From Rhodospirillaceae bacterium (GTDB taxonomy: Bacteria > Pseudomonadota > Alphaproteobacteria > UBA6615), in the NCBI GenBank assembly GCA_018702955.1, contig JABJEK010000022.1:21789-85788 (forward strand): a DNA stretch of 64,000 bases, written 5' to 3'. Positions 9,600 through 19,471 of the stretch are shown here, piece by piece. Position 1 is the first letter of the stretch; each line of letters starts with the position of its first letter. Position numbers and translations under genes: made by a program. The notes below the pieces were generated by a model. The model saw nothing but the letters and a program-made list of their open reading frames with translations, ran no database searches and was not told where the DNA came from.

Positions 9600-10961
9600 C
9601 TATTCGCCGCCGCCGGCCACGGTCAGGCCGTCGATACGCACGGTGGGACTGTTGGTGCCGAAGCGGAATTCGAGATCATTCGCCCGCGACATCCCCGCGT
9701 ACATCTGGTTCAGGTTCCCCGCGATCGTCAGCTCCGTCACGGGGAAGCTGATCTCGCCATTCTCGATCCAGAATCCCGATGCCCCGCGGCTGTAGTCGCC
9801 GGTCACACCGTTCACGCCCATGCCCATCAATGATGTGATGTAGAGCCCGGCATCGATGTCGGCCATCAGTTCGGCTGGGGACAGACCTCCCGGCGTCAGA
9901 TAAAGGTTCGACGGGCCCGGCGAGGGCGGGCCCGATGTACCGCGACTGGCATGACCTGTGGTCTCGAGGCCGAGTTGCTTGGCCGAAGCAAGGTCCAGCA
10001 GCCAGGTCGTCAGGACACCGTCCTTGACGATCGATTGCCTCGAATTTGCGATGCCTTCGGCATCGAAAGGTTTGGAGCGCATGCCTCGTGGGCGGTGCGG
10101 GTCGTCGATGATCTCGATATCGGTGGCGAAGATCTGCTCGCCGAGCCGATCCTTGAGGAAGCTGGTGCCGCGGGCGATAGACGGGCCTGTGATGGCGCCC
10201 ATGAGATGCCCGAGCAGGCCGCCGGCAACACGCGGGTCGAAGACAACCGGCACCTGTGCGGTCGGCATGCGGCGCGCGCCAAGCCGTGCGGCGGCCTTCT
10301 CGCCGGCGCGCCGGCCCACATCGGCCGGGTCCTCGAGGTCGCTCATATGAACTGCGTGGGCGAAGTCATACTCGGATTCCATGCCCGCGCCTTCGCCGGC
10401 AATGACCGAGACGCCGACGCCGGAATCGGTCCGGGCGTAGTCGCCGGCAAACCCGTTGCTCGCCGCGAGACACACGCCGGTGCGGCTCCAGCTTGCTTGT
10501 GCGCCTTCCGAATTCGTGATGCCGTCGACCGCACGAGCGGCGTCCTCGCACGCGCGCGCCATTTCCACGAGGGTTTCGCTGCCGGGCTCTTCCGTGTCGA
10601 CCATGTCGAGATCGGGAATGTCGGTGGCGAGCTGGTCGGGGTCGGCCAACCCGCACCACGGGTCATCCGGCACGGCCGCGGCCATGTCGAGAGCGCGTCC
10701 GACCAGCTCCGACAAGGCGTCCTTGGAGAAATCCGTCGACGATACGATCGCCTGCTTCTGGCCGCGAAAAACACGCAAACCCAGATCGAAACTCTCCTGG
10801 CGTTCGAGTTGTTCAATTTCACCCAGCCGCTGGGCGTGTGAAATCGACGTCGAACGAATGAGCACGGCGTCCGCCGCATCGGCCCCGCGCTTTTGGGCTT
10901 CGCTGATCAGGTCGGCCAGGCGGTCGCGGTCTTCTACGGACATGGAATCGGTGTCGGACAT
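9600..10961 (-). CDS. pmbA: metalloprotease PmbA/TldE
   Basis: A 453-aa PmbA_TldD family protein (GLYITSLMGMGVNGVTGDYSRGASGFWIENGEI). Confidence 0.85.
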   Translation of the reverse strand: MSDTDSMSVEDRDRLADLISEAQKRGADAADAVLIRSTSISHAQRLGEIEQLERQESFDLGLRVFRGQKQAIVSSTDFSKDALSELVGRALDMAAAVPDDPWCGLADPDQLATDIPDLDMVDTEEPGSETLVEMARACEDAARAVDGITNSEGAQASWSRTGVCLAASNGFAGDYARTDSGVGVSVIAGEGAGMESEYDFAHAVHMSDLEDPADVGRRAGEKAAARLGARRMPTAQVPVVFDPRVAGGLLGHLMGAITGPSIARGTSFLKDRLGEQIFATDIEIIDDPHRPRGMRSKPFDAEGIANSRQSIVKDGVLTTWLLDLASAKQLGLETTGHASRGTSGPPSPGPSNLYLTPGGLSPAELMADIDAGLYITSLMGMGVNGVTGDYSRGASGFWIENGEISFPVTELTIAGNLNQMYAGMSRANDLEFRFGTNSPTVRIDGLTVAGGGE

Positions 10962-11012
10962 GAGATTGTTCGCGCCGCCGCGCGCCCTTTGTGTGTGTTG
11001 GAAAATTTCGGG

Positions 11013-11429
11013 TTACAGGGTTCCGGGAGCGAAAAACTCGACGATCCCGATGACGGATGCAAGACCGAGTGTCGCCCAGTTGATCACGATCCCGGTGGCC
11101 CGGTTGAACGATTCGGCATTCCCCATGAGCCCGAGGGCGTGCAGGACCCGGGCGATGATGAGCATCGCCCCCAGAACAGCAATAATAACCGGCGAGACGC
11201 CCATCATTTCGATGAGCCCCAGCAGGATCAGCGTTCCCGGCACCCATTCCGTGAAGTTGGCGTGGGCGCGAATACGCCGCGCCATGCGGTCGTCGCTGGC
11301 ATCGCCCCACATGATCTTGTGTTGAAACCGGTACTTGGTGACGCTGACACCCAGGGCGAGTTTCATTAGCCCCAGCAACGCGGCAACCAGCATCGTGTTG
11401 ACGGGGGCGACGGCCACAATCGCTTCCAT
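11013..11429 (-). CDS. MAPEG family membrane protein, copy 2, full length
   Basis: A 138-aa protein with RIRAHANFTEW, ARVLHALGLMGNAESFNRATGIVINWATLGLASVIGIVEFFAPGTL, and four predicted TM segments. Confidence 0.75.
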   Translation of the reverse strand: MEAIVAVAPVNTMLVAALLGLMKLALGVSVTKYRFQHKIMWGDASDDRMARRIRAHANFTEWVPGTLILLGLIEMMGVSPVIIAVLGAMLIIARVLHALGLMGNAESFNRATGIVINWATLGLASVIGIVEFFAPGTL

Positions 11430-11471
11430 GATTTTGTCCTCTTGTCAGAACGGCTGCCGGGCGGGGCAGCG

Positions 11472-12986
11472 CTATTTCCAGATCGGCTTGCCCGACCCGG
11501 GCAGTCCCAAATCGTCCCACATCGCGGAGACTTTATCGACGACTTCGTCATCCATGCGGATCTCGCGTCCCCATTCGCGGTCGGTCTCGGGCGGAATTTT
11601 GTTGGTCGCGTCGAGGCCGATCTTGCTGCCGAGACTGGCCGACGGTGACGCGAAATCGAGATAGTCGATCGGCGTGTTCTCGATAACGGTGATGTCCCGC
11701 GCGGGGTCCATGCGGGTCGAGATCGCCCACATCACATCCTTCCAGTCGCGCGCATCGATGTCGTCGTCCACGACGATCACCCATTTCGTGTACATGAACT
11801 GGCGCAGATACGACCACACGCCCATCATCACCCGCTTGGCGTGGCCCGGATAGGCCTTCTTCATGGACACAACGGCGATCCGGTAGGAGCAGCCCTCGGG
11901 TGGTAGCCAGAAGTCGGTGATCTCCGGAAAGGCCTGTTGCAGAAGCGGCACGAACACGTCGTTCAGGGCCTCACCGAGCACCGACGGTTCGTCGGGTGGC
12001 CTGCCGGTGAACGTCGAGAGATACATCGGGTCGCGGCGCATGGTGATGGCGCTGACATGGAAGACCGGGAACTGTTCGACGGAGTTGTAGTAGCCGGTAT
12101 GGTCGCCGTACGGGCCTTCGTCGCCATACTCGTCGAGGGAGACATGGCCCTCGATGACGATCTCGGCCGACGCGGGCACCTTGAGCGGGACGGTCTTGCA
12201 GTCCACCAGTTCCAGACGTTTGCCCCGCAGCAATCCCGCGAACTGGTATTCCGACAGATTGTCCGGCACCGGGGTGACGGCGGCGATGATGGTGCCCGGA
12301 TCGGCACCGATGACCGCCGCGGCCGGGAACGGCTCGGGCCGGTCGGCCTTCCAGCGGGCATGATGTTGTGCCCCGCCGCGATGCTTGAGCCAGCGCATAT
12401 AAGTGGATTTGGGGCCGGTCACCTGCATCCGATAGATGCCCAGATTGAACGCGTCCTCGCGCTTGCCGTCGGGGTCGGGACCCTGGGTGACGATCAGCGG
12501 CCAGGTGATCAGGGGGGCCGGTTCGCCGGGCCAGCAGGTCTGGATCGGCAGTTTGCCCAGATCGATATCGTCGCCGGTCCACACCACCTCATGGACCGGT
12601 CCCGACGAGACGGTCTTGGGCCGCATCGACATCACGGTGCGCAGGATCGGCAGCTTGTCCCAGGCGTCCCGCAGGCCGCCGGGTGGTTCGGGTTGGCGCA
12701 GAAACGCAAGTGTCTCGCCGATTTCGCGCAACTGGTCGGGTTCGCGGTCCATGCCCCAGGCGACCCGTTCGACGGTCCCGAACAGATTGGCGAGCACCGG
12801 GATCGGGCTGGGCGTGCCATCGTCTGCGATGACGTTCTCGAACAGCACCGCCGGTCCGCCTTCGGCGAGAAGGCGGGTCTGGATCTCGGTCATCTCGAGG
12901 TTCGCGGCGACCGGATGGCTCACCCGGACGAGGCGGCCCTCGCGTTCCAGGCGATCGACGAATTCACGTAGGCTGGCATATGGCAT
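11472..12986 (-). CDS. ubiD: UbiD-family decarboxylase (4-hydroxy-3-polyprenylbenzoate decarboxylase)
   Basis: UbiD family hallmarks. The start is chosen as [10 protein letters not shown] (ATG at 12984-12986); the annotated ORF extends 28 aa further upstream. Confidence 0.8.
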   Translation of the reverse strand: MPYASLREFVDRLEREGRLVRVSHPVAANLEMTEIQTRLLAEGGPAVLFENVIADDGTPSPIPVLANLFGTVERVAWGMDREPDQLREIGETLAFLRQPEPPGGLRDAWDKLPILRTVMSMRPKTVSSGPVHEVVWTGDDIDLGKLPIQTCWPGEPAPLITWPLIVTQGPDPDGKREDAFNLGIYRMQVTGPKSTYMRWLKHRGGAQHHARWKADRPEPFPAAAVIGADPGTIIAAVTPVPDNLSEYQFAGLLRGKRLELVDCKTVPLKVPASAEIVIEGHVSLDEYGDEGPYGDHTGYYNSVEQFPVFHVSAITMRRDPMYLSTFTGRPPDEPSVLGEALNDVFVPLLQQAFPEITDFWLPPEGCSYRIAVVSMKKAYPGHAKRVMMGVWSYLRQFMYTKWVIVVDDDIDARDWKDVMWAISTRMDPARDITVIENTPIDYLDFASPSASLGSKIGLDATNKIPPETDREWGREIRMDDEVVDKVSAMWDDLGLPGSGKPIWK

Positions 12987-13084
12987 GACGCTCGACTTAG
13001 ACCGGTCCCGCGCGCGCGCGTCAAGAACCAGCTTTTTTCGCAAGCGTGCTTGCGGGTCATCTCGCGGCACAGGACAATACGCCC

Positions 13085-13807
13085 ATGACGACTGACCCCT
13101 TCGAGACCGATCCCGTGCTGATCCGCGCGGTCGGCTATCCGTATGACATCACCGCGCAGTCGTTCACCTTCATCGATGGTGAAGCCGCGCCGTTCGATGC
13201 CGCGCACACCGCCGGTCGCCGCCCGGTGATCGGTTACGGGTCGAACCAGTCCCCGCTTCGGCTGCGCCAGAAATATGGTACCGATCATGCGCCCATTCCT
13301 GTGCAGCGCGCCTGGCTGGACGATCACGACGTCGTCTTTTCCGCGCATTTCTCCAGCTACGGATCCTTGCCGGCGGCACTGCGTCACGTGCCCGGTACCC
13401 GCGTGGCGGTGGCGGTGAACTGGTTGAGTGATGCCGAGCTGGCGGTCATGCACCCGACCGAGATCGACAGTTATAATTTCGCCAGGCTCGAAGGCCTGAC
13501 CTTGGCGCTGGACGGTGGCGACGTCATCGATGCCGCCTGGGCATACCTCAGCTTTCGCGGCCATGTCGGCGATGATGCGCAGCCCTTTGCGTTGGCGGAA
13601 ATCGCAACCGAGGGCCGGCAACTGACCGCACTTTCGCAACGCGAAGCGCTGACCCTGATGCGGGACAGAATCGCACCCGGTGAGGATCTGGCCGCGTTCG
13701 TGCGTGCGCATATCGACGATTCGGAAGTTCGTGACGCGCGGGTCGGGCAGCTGCAAGCGGCGGCGCATCCGGTGGCCCATGCGTCACATAAAGTTGAGGC
13801 GGTCTGA
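13085..13807 (+). CDS. gamma-glutamylcyclotransferase (GGCT/AIG2-like) family protein, tentative
   Basis: [11 protein letters not shown] motif resembling the GGCT YGSN signature, preceded by an N-terminal extension of about 55 aa. ATG at 13085. Confidence 0.35.
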   Translation: MTTDPFETDPVLIRAVGYPYDITAQSFTFIDGEAAPFDAAHTAGRRPVIGYGSNQSPLRLRQKYGTDHAPIPVQRAWLDDHDVVFSAHFSSYGSLPAALRHVPGTRVAVAVNWLSDAELAVMHPTEIDSYNFARLEGLTLALDGGDVIDAAWAYLSFRGHVGDDAQPFALAEIATEGRQLTALSQREALTLMRDRIAPGEDLAAFVRAHIDDSEVRDARVGQLQAAAHPVAHASHKVEAV

Positions 13808-13879
13808 ACCTGCACTTCCGTTTGCATGTCACAGGGATCCGTTATAATTAACCATTAAGTTAAATATATGGAGGCCGAC

Positions 13880-14266
13880 ATGGCAGAACACGGCAAGTTT
13901 TACTGGAATGAACTCTCGACCACGGACATCGAGGCGGCGAAGACGTTTTACGCTGAGCTGGCGGGATGGAGTTTCAACGAAATGCCCATGGATAATGGCG
14001 ACACCTATTATGTCGGCATGCTCGGCGACGTGCCCGCGGGCGGGATTATGGGCATGCCCGAGGGGGCGCCGGCCGGCACGCCGCCTTATTGGCGGGCGTA
14101 TATCTCGGTCGATGATATCGATTTAACTATGGCGCAGGCCAAGGCGGGTGGCGCCGAGGTGCTTATGGAGGCGTTCGACGTTCCCGGCGTTGGCCGCATC
14201 GGCACGATGCGTGATCCGCAAGGGGCCGAGATTTCGTTCATGACGGCGGCTGCGCAGGACGCGTGA
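13880..14266 (+). CDS. VOC (glyoxalase/bleomycin-resistance fold) family protein
   Basis: A 128-aa protein (GKFYWNELSTTDIEAAKTFY, GRIGTMRDPQGAEISF). A strong GGAGG Shine-Dalgarno sits 6 nt before ATG 13880. Confidence 0.6.
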   Translation: MAEHGKFYWNELSTTDIEAAKTFYAELAGWSFNEMPMDNGDTYYVGMLGDVPAGGIMGMPEGAPAGTPPYWRAYISVDDIDLTMAQAKAGGAEVLMEAFDVPGVGRIGTMRDPQGAEISFMTAAAQDA

Positions 14267-15193
14267 TCAGCTCACCAACCGGCCGGCGATGGCGGCGGCG
14301 AAAATGATCAGTCCGAAATCCCGGTTGGCGCGGAACTTTGCCAGGCAGTCCTTCGCATCGTCGAAATCGATCGTGAGGGCCTGCCAGGCGAGGTGTGCGG
14401 CACCGAGCGCCAGCCCGACCCAGAACGGCCAACTGAGCGCCTCTATCCATCCGGTCACGGCCAGCAGGGCGATGCTCACGGCGTAGAAGCCCGCGACCCA
14501 TGGTCGTGAGATCGCACCGAACAGACGCGCGGTCGATTTGATGCCGACCAGCGCGTCATCTTCCTTATCCTGATGGGCGTAGATCGTGTCGTAGCCCAGC
14601 GTCCAGAAGAACCCGGCGGCATAGAGCACGAACGCGGCGGGATCGAGGTCTCCGCGTACCACGGCCCAGCCCAGCAGCGCGCCCCAGTTGAAGGTCAGCC
14701 CCAGCCAGGCCTGGGGCCACCAGGTGATGCGCTTCATCAGCGGATAGGGCACGACGAGCGCCAGGCTGAGCGCGCCGATGGCGATCGCGAACGCGTTGAA
14801 CTGCACCAGGATCGCGAAGCTGACCGCGAGCAGGAGGGCAAGGAATGCCAGCGCGGCCCGGACACTCACCGCGCCGCTGGCCAGGGGCCGGTCTGCAGTT
14901 CGCGCGACACGCGCGTCGAAATCACGGTCGAAGAAATCGTTGATAACGCAGCCCGCACCCCGCATCAGGACCGCGCCGACACCGAACAAGGCGACCCAAT
15001 ACAGGTTCGGCCAGCTGCCCGGTTCTGCGGGGATCGCGAGCGCCCACCAGCCCGGCAGCAGCAACAACCAGGTGCCGATCGGCCGGTCGAGACGCATCAG
15101 CCGCGCATAGGGCCGCGTGCCTGCGGGCGCATAGCGATCGAGCCAGTTGCCGCGCGGGATGTCACTGGCGTTATGATGGGGTGCGTCGTGCAT
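14267..15193 (-). CDS. ubiA: 4-hydroxybenzoate polyprenyltransferase
   Basis: UbiA prenyltransferase motifs NDFFDRDFD and YAHQDKEDD, with about nine TM helices. Confidence 0.85.
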   Translation of the reverse strand: MHDAPHHNASDIPRGNWLDRYAPAGTRPYARLMRLDRPIGTWLLLLPGWWALAIPAEPGSWPNLYWVALFGVGAVLMRGAGCVINDFFDRDFDARVARTADRPLASGAVSVRAALAFLALLLAVSFAILVQFNAFAIAIGALSLALVVPYPLMKRITWWPQAWLGLTFNWGALLGWAVVRGDLDPAAFVLYAAGFFWTLGYDTIYAHQDKEDDALVGIKSTARLFGAISRPWVAGFYAVSIALLAVTGWIEALSWPFWVGLALGAAHLAWQALTIDFDDAKDCLAKFRANRDFGLIIFAAAIAGRLVS

Positions 15194-15244
15194 GGCGCAT
15201 TGTTAGCCCAGACGGGGCCGCGTCCCCAATCCCGGATTTACCCG

Positions 15245-16012
15245 ATGTCCGATAACCCGGCAGATTTCACCCGTATTCGTCTGTTCGTCGAGGACGATCT
15301 CGCAACCGGTGCTGGTTTCACACTGGGCCGGGACCAAAGCCATTACCTGCAGAATGTGATGCGCCGGGGCGTGGGCGACCGCGTCGCCATTTTCAACGGC
15401 CGGGACGGTGAGTTCTGGGCAGAACTAACGGATGCTCGTCGCGGTGCCGTCGGTTTGTCTCTCGGCGAACAATTTCGCGCGCAGGCACCCGAACCCGACC
15501 TCTGGCTGGTTTTTGCGCCGATCAAGCGCACGGCTGTTAATTTTATGGTGACCAAGGCGACCGAGCTGGGGGTGTCGCGGATCGTGCCCGTGATCACGGC
15601 CCGGACCAACTCCGAGCGCGTCAACACGCGCCGCCTGCGCGCCAATGCCATTGAGGCGGCCGAGCAATCCGAGCGCCTGAGCGTGCCGGAGGTCGACGAG
15701 CCGGTCAGGTTTCCGGCATTCCTTGAGCGCTGGTCGGGCACGCGGCGGCTGCTGGTAGGTGACGAGACCGGCGCCGGGAGACCGATCGCGGATATCGCCG
15801 CCGAGATGGCCCAGACCCCGGTACCACTTGCCGTCATGACGGGACCGGAGGGCGGCTTTGCGCCGGACGAGCTTGACCAATTGCGCGATGTACCCTTTGT
15901 TACGCCTGTCGGGTTGGGGCCGCGAGTGTTGCGCGCCGACACGGCCGCGTTGGCGGCCCTTGCCGTTGTTCAAGCCGTTGCCGGGGACTGGCGTTCCGGG
16001 CGCATGGGTTAA
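15245..16012 (+). CDS. rsmE: 16S rRNA (uracil1498-N3)-methyltransferase
   Basis: RsmE pattern (RIRLFVEDDL, VAIFNGRDGEFWAEL, LAVMTGPEGGFAPDE). ATG at 15245 lies in the 3' part of a longer annotated ORF whose 5' part is antisense to ubiA. Confidence 0.8.
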   Translation: MSDNPADFTRIRLFVEDDLATGAGFTLGRDQSHYLQNVMRRGVGDRVAIFNGRDGEFWAELTDARRGAVGLSLGEQFRAQAPEPDLWLVFAPIKRTAVNFMVTKATELGVSRIVPVITARTNSERVNTRRLRANAIEAAEQSERLSVPEVDEPVRFPAFLERWSGTRRLLVGDETGAGRPIADIAAEMAQTPVPLAVMTGPEGGFAPDELDQLRDVPFVTPVGLGPRVLRADTAALAALAVVQAVAGDWRSGRMG

Positions 16013-16037
16013 CCGGAACCAGTCGGGAATTTAAAGC

Positions 16038-17405
16038 ATGGCAGCACCGTCTTCGGGTGGCGGCCCGGTCATCGAATCGAAAGATCAGCTCATCGCGTGG
16101 TTCGCCGAAGGCGAGAAACCGCGCGAGGCGTGGCGAATCGGGACCGAGCACGAGAAATTTGCATTCCGGCAATCGGATCACGCCCCGTTGTCTTACGACG
16201 GCAGCCCGGGGATCCGCGACCTTCTGGAGGGTTTGCAGCGGTTCGGCTGGGAGCCGGTCTATGAGGGCGAGAATGTCATCGCGTTGACGGGTGACAGCGG
16301 CGCCAATATCTCGCTTGAGCCGGGCGGGCAGTTCGAGCTCTCGGGCGCACCGCTCGAGAATTTACACCAGACCTGCGACGAGGTGCACGAGCATCTGAAG
16401 CAGCTGCGCGAGGTCAATCGCGAACTCGGCGTTGCCATGCTGGGTATCGGGTACCATCCGTTCTTGAAGCGCGAGGACGCGCCCTGGATGCCGAAGGGTC
16501 GCTACAAGGTCATGCGCGAATACATGCCCAAGGTCGGATCCATGGGTCTCGATATGATGCTGCGCACCTGTACCGTTCAGGTGAATCTGGATTTCGACAG
16601 CGAGGCCGACATGGCGCGCAAGATGCGTGTCGGCATGGCGCTGCAGCCGATTGCCACGGCCATGTTCGCGAATTCACCGTTCAAGGAAGGCAAGCGCACG
16701 GATTATGTCAGCCTGCGCAGCCATGTCTGGACCGACACCGACAATGACCGGTCGGGCATCCTGCCGTTCGTCTTCGACGATGATTTCGGCTACGAGCAAT
16801 ATGTCGACTATGTGCTCGATACCCCGATGTATTTCGTCTACCGGGACGGCGCCTATATCGACGCCTCGGGCCAGTCCTTCCGGGATTTCATGGCCGGTAA
16901 CCTGGCGGCTCTGCCGGGTGAACGGGCGACCATGGGAGACTGGGTCGATCACACGACGACCCTGTTTCCCGAAGTTCGTCTGAAACAGTTCCTTGAGATG
17001 CGCGGCGCAGACGGTGGCCCGTGGCGGCGCGTGTGCGCCCTGCCGGCATTCTGGGTCGGCCTGTTGTATGACGCCGCCGCGCTCAACGCAGCCTCGGACA
17101 TGATCGCCGACTGGACGGCCCATGAGGTCGTGGAGCTACGCAACAATGTGCCCGCGCAGGGCCTTGCGACACCTTTCCGCAATCGGTCCATGCTCGAACT
17201 TGCCCGCGAGGCGTTGGAGATATCGCGCATGGGCCTGCGCAATCGGGCGTGCGTCGATTTCTGGGGCCAGGATGAGACCCATTTCCTGGCGACCCTCGAA
17301 CAGATCGTCGACAGCGGTCTCACGCCGGCGGAGAACAAGCTCGCCGCGTTCGAGGGGCGCTGGGACCATGACGTGAACCGGGCGTTCGAGGAGTACGCCT
17401 GGTAG
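16038..17405 (+). CDS. gshA: glutamate--cysteine ligase (GCS2/plant-type, alphaproteobacterial)
   Basis: A 455-aa GCS2-family protein. The rsmE-gshA adjacency is conserved in alphaproteobacteria. Confidence 0.85.
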   Translation: MAAPSSGGGPVIESKDQLIAWFAEGEKPREAWRIGTEHEKFAFRQSDHAPLSYDGSPGIRDLLEGLQRFGWEPVYEGENVIALTGDSGANISLEPGGQFELSGAPLENLHQTCDEVHEHLKQLREVNRELGVAMLGIGYHPFLKREDAPWMPKGRYKVMREYMPKVGSMGLDMMLRTCTVQVNLDFDSEADMARKMRVGMALQPIATAMFANSPFKEGKRTDYVSLRSHVWTDTDNDRSGILPFVFDDDFGYEQYVDYVLDTPMYFVYRDGAYIDASGQSFRDFMAGNLAALPGERATMGDWVDHTTTLFPEVRLKQFLEMRGADGGPWRRVCALPAFWVGLLYDAAALNAASDMIADWTAHEVVELRNNVPAQGLATPFRNRSMLELAREALEISRMGLRNRACVDFWGQDETHFLATLEQIVDSGLTPAENKLAAFEGRWDHDVNRAFEEYAW

Positions 17406-17430
17406 GGATCAACTGAAAGAGGGGAAGATC

Positions 17431-17676
17431 ATGGAGCCGCACGCCGGAGACGTGTTCGTTAGTTTTTTTCCATTTCTGATCATCTTTGTCGGATTGGCGA
17501 TCGGGAACTATTTCATCGCTGGCCGAATGGGGCGGAACAAGATTCTTTGGGTCGTACTCACGCTCATTCCGATCGTGAACTTTGTGTTCATGTATTACGT
17601 GATCTACGCGGTGATCCTTTACGTCCTCGACAAGCTGAATGCCGTCACGGACCGGGCAAGCCAGGGTTCGGCATAG
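17431..17676 (+). CDS. small hydrophobic membrane protein (81 aa, 2 TM), paralog A
   Basis: An AGAGGGGA Shine-Dalgarno precedes ATG 17431. Two predicted TM helices and a conserved core GNYFIAGRMGRNKILWVVLTLIPIVNFVFMYY. The local GC is about 46%. Confidence 0.6.
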   Translation: MEPHAGDVFVSFFPFLIIFVGLAIGNYFIAGRMGRNKILWVVLTLIPIVNFVFMYYVIYAVILYVLDKLNAVTDRASQGSA

Positions 17677-17912
17677 TGGGAACGTTCAGCATTTGGCATT
17701 GGCTGATCGTCGTCTTCATGTTCGCACCCTTTGCAATTGGCAACTACTTCATTGCGGATCGGATGGAGCGAAGCAAAGTTCTCTGGGTGATCCTCACGCT
17801 GATCCCGTTCGTGAACTTTATCTTCATGTACTACGTGATGTTTGCGGTCGTGATTTACATACTCGGCAAGTTGAACCAGCTCACTGAGCAGCCGGAAGCG
17901 TCGTTGCCCTAG
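17676..17912 (+). CDS. small hydrophobic membrane protein (78 aa, 2 TM), paralog B
   Basis: The GTG start overlaps the paralog A stop (TAGTG). It aligns with paralog A over its full length (GNYFIADRMERSKVLWVILTLIPFVNFIFMYY). An alternative ATG at 17718 would delete the first TM helix. Confidence 0.5.
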   Translation: MGTFSIWHWLIVVFMFAPFAIGNYFIADRMERSKVLWVILTLIPFVNFIFMYYVMFAVVIYILGKLNQLTEQPEASLP

Positions 17913-19471
17913 CCGCGCCGGAACGGGCTCCAGAGTGCGAGTGACAGGACCACCGCGATCAGGCCGACGAGCGCGAACACGAAGAACGTATCCTGAAATG
18001 CCCGCGCGGTCGCCTGCGCCGCGACCATGCGGCCGAGATACAGCGTCGCCAGCGGTCCCTCAATCGTGTCGGGGAAACCGGCCGCGGTGAGCATATCGCG
18101 CACACTGGCCAGCAGGCCCCCGGTCGCAGAGTTCGCCTCGGTCTGGGTGGACGCCAGTACCTCGCTATACACCGACGTACGCCGTTCGATGAAAATCGCC
18201 AGCAGGTTGATCCCGAACGCGCCGCCCATTTGCCGGGTGAAGTTGAGCATCCCGTTGGCCGTGCCCATTTGTTCGGGCGGGGCGGACTGCAGACCAACCG
18301 CGGTCACGGGCGGAAACAGCATGCCCTGGCCAATCCGGCCCAGCCCGACGATCGCGGCGAAGGTGATGAACGCGGTGTTGGGGTCGGAAAAGCCCATCAG
18401 CCAGAGCGAAACCGTGAACAGCAGGAAGCCGACCGCGAGAGGTATGTAGGGCGGCACCAGATCCGACGTGCGTCCGGCCAGCGGCAGCACGAGACCCATG
18501 ATCAGGCCGCCGGGTACCAGCACAAGGCCGGCGCGCAGGGGGGTGTAGTTCTGGACCAGCTGGACGAACACCGGCTGCAGGTAGAATGACCCGAACAGGG
18601 TCGCGCCGAATAGAAACGAGACCATGTTTGCGATGGCGAAACGTGGCCGCGCCAGCAGGCGGACATCGAAGATCGGATCGTCGACGAACAATTCCCAAGC
18701 GATGAACAGGATCGCCGATCCCAGCCCCATTCCCAAAGCCAGCATCACGAAGTTTGAGTTCCACCCCTTGAGCTGTCCGTTTGAAAGGCCGGTCAGTGTG
18801 GCGGTCAGAAAGGTTGCCACAAGCAGGAACCCGAACCAGTCGAGATGGGTGCGTGGGGCGTCGCGGTCGCGCGTCGAAAACACGACCGAGGCGAGCATCA
18901 TCGAACAGAAGGCGACGGGCAGGGCCACATAGAAGGTGAACCGCCAGTCGAACTGGTCGATAGCAACACCGCCGAACCACGGGCCGAGACCGGGGCCGAG
19001 CACGAAGCTGATTCCAAACAGGCCCGCGACCATGGCGCGACGGTTTGGCGGGAAAACCGCGAACATCGCCATCATCGTGAGTGGCAGGATGGCCCCGGCC
19101 GCAAGGCCCTGCGCGGCGCGGCCGAGCACGACAACCAGATAGGTTTGCGCGGTGCCGCCGGCGACGGATGCCGCGAAGAACATCAGCATCATCGCCACAA
19201 AGACGTGACGCGAGCCGAAGGTTCGGGTCAGCCAGTCGCTGAGCAACATGCCCGCGGTCATGGCCGCAAAAAACGCGGTGGCCATCCATTGCGCCTGATC
19301 CTGGCCAACCCCGAATGCACCCATGATGTCGGGCACGGCCACATTGGTGATGGTGCCTGAAAGTGCGAGCGCGAGGGACGAAGAGAGGCTGGTGGCGACG
19401 ACCAGCCAGCGCTGGGCGAAGCTGACCGCTGGCGACTGTGCGGCGGCCGCGGGCATGGCGGCGTCGGTCAC
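17909..19471 (-). CDS. emrB: DHA2-family MFS multidrug efflux transporter (EmrB/QacA type, 14 TMS)
   Basis: A 520-aa protein with 14 predicted TMS and MFS motifs. It overlaps the upstream HlyD-family gene by 4 nt. Confidence 0.8.
   Translation of the reverse strand: MTDAAMPAAAAQSPAVSFAQRWLVVATSLSSSLALALSGTITNVAVPDIMGAFGVGQDQAQWMATAFFAAMTAGMLLSDWLTRTFGSRHVFVAMMLMFFAASVAGGTAQTYLVVVLGRAAQGLAAGAILPLTMMAMFAVFPPNRRAMVAGLFGISFVLGPGLGPWFGGVAIDQFDWRFTFYVALPVAFCSMMLASVVFSTRDRDAPRTHLDWFGFLLVATFLTATLTGLSNGQLKGWNSNFVMLALGMGLGSAILFIAWELFVDDPIFDVRLLARPRFAIANMVSFLFGATLFGSFYLQPVFVQLVQNYTPLRAGLVLVPGGLIMGLVLPLAGRTSDLVPPYIPLAVGFLLFTVSLWLMGFSDPNTAFITFAAIVGLGRIGQGMLFPPVTAVGLQSAPPEQMGTANGMLNFTRQMGGAFGINLLAIFIERRTSVYSEVLASTQTEANSATGGLLASVRDMLTAAGFPDTIEGPLATLYLGRMVAAQATARAFQDTFFVFALVGLIAVVLSLALWSPFRRG

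Noticed and set aside
8867-11369. Two similar plus-strand ORFs (8867-9358 and 10893-11369) with related protein sequences
   Set aside because: They are simply the antisense images of the two MAPEG paralogs. Their similarity mirrors the real duplication on the minus strand.
13808-13867. AT-rich spacer with a TTAACCATTAAGTTAA-like inverted repeat upstream of the VOC gene
   Set aside because: The symmetry is short and imperfect (TTAAC/GTTAA arms only). It is more likely just the promoter -10 and Shine-Dalgarno region of the VOC gene.
14573-16012. A 479-aa ORF suggesting a large protein
   Set aside because: Only its 3' part (15245-16012) is the RsmE coding sequence. The 5' part is antisense to ubiA and has no homology signal.
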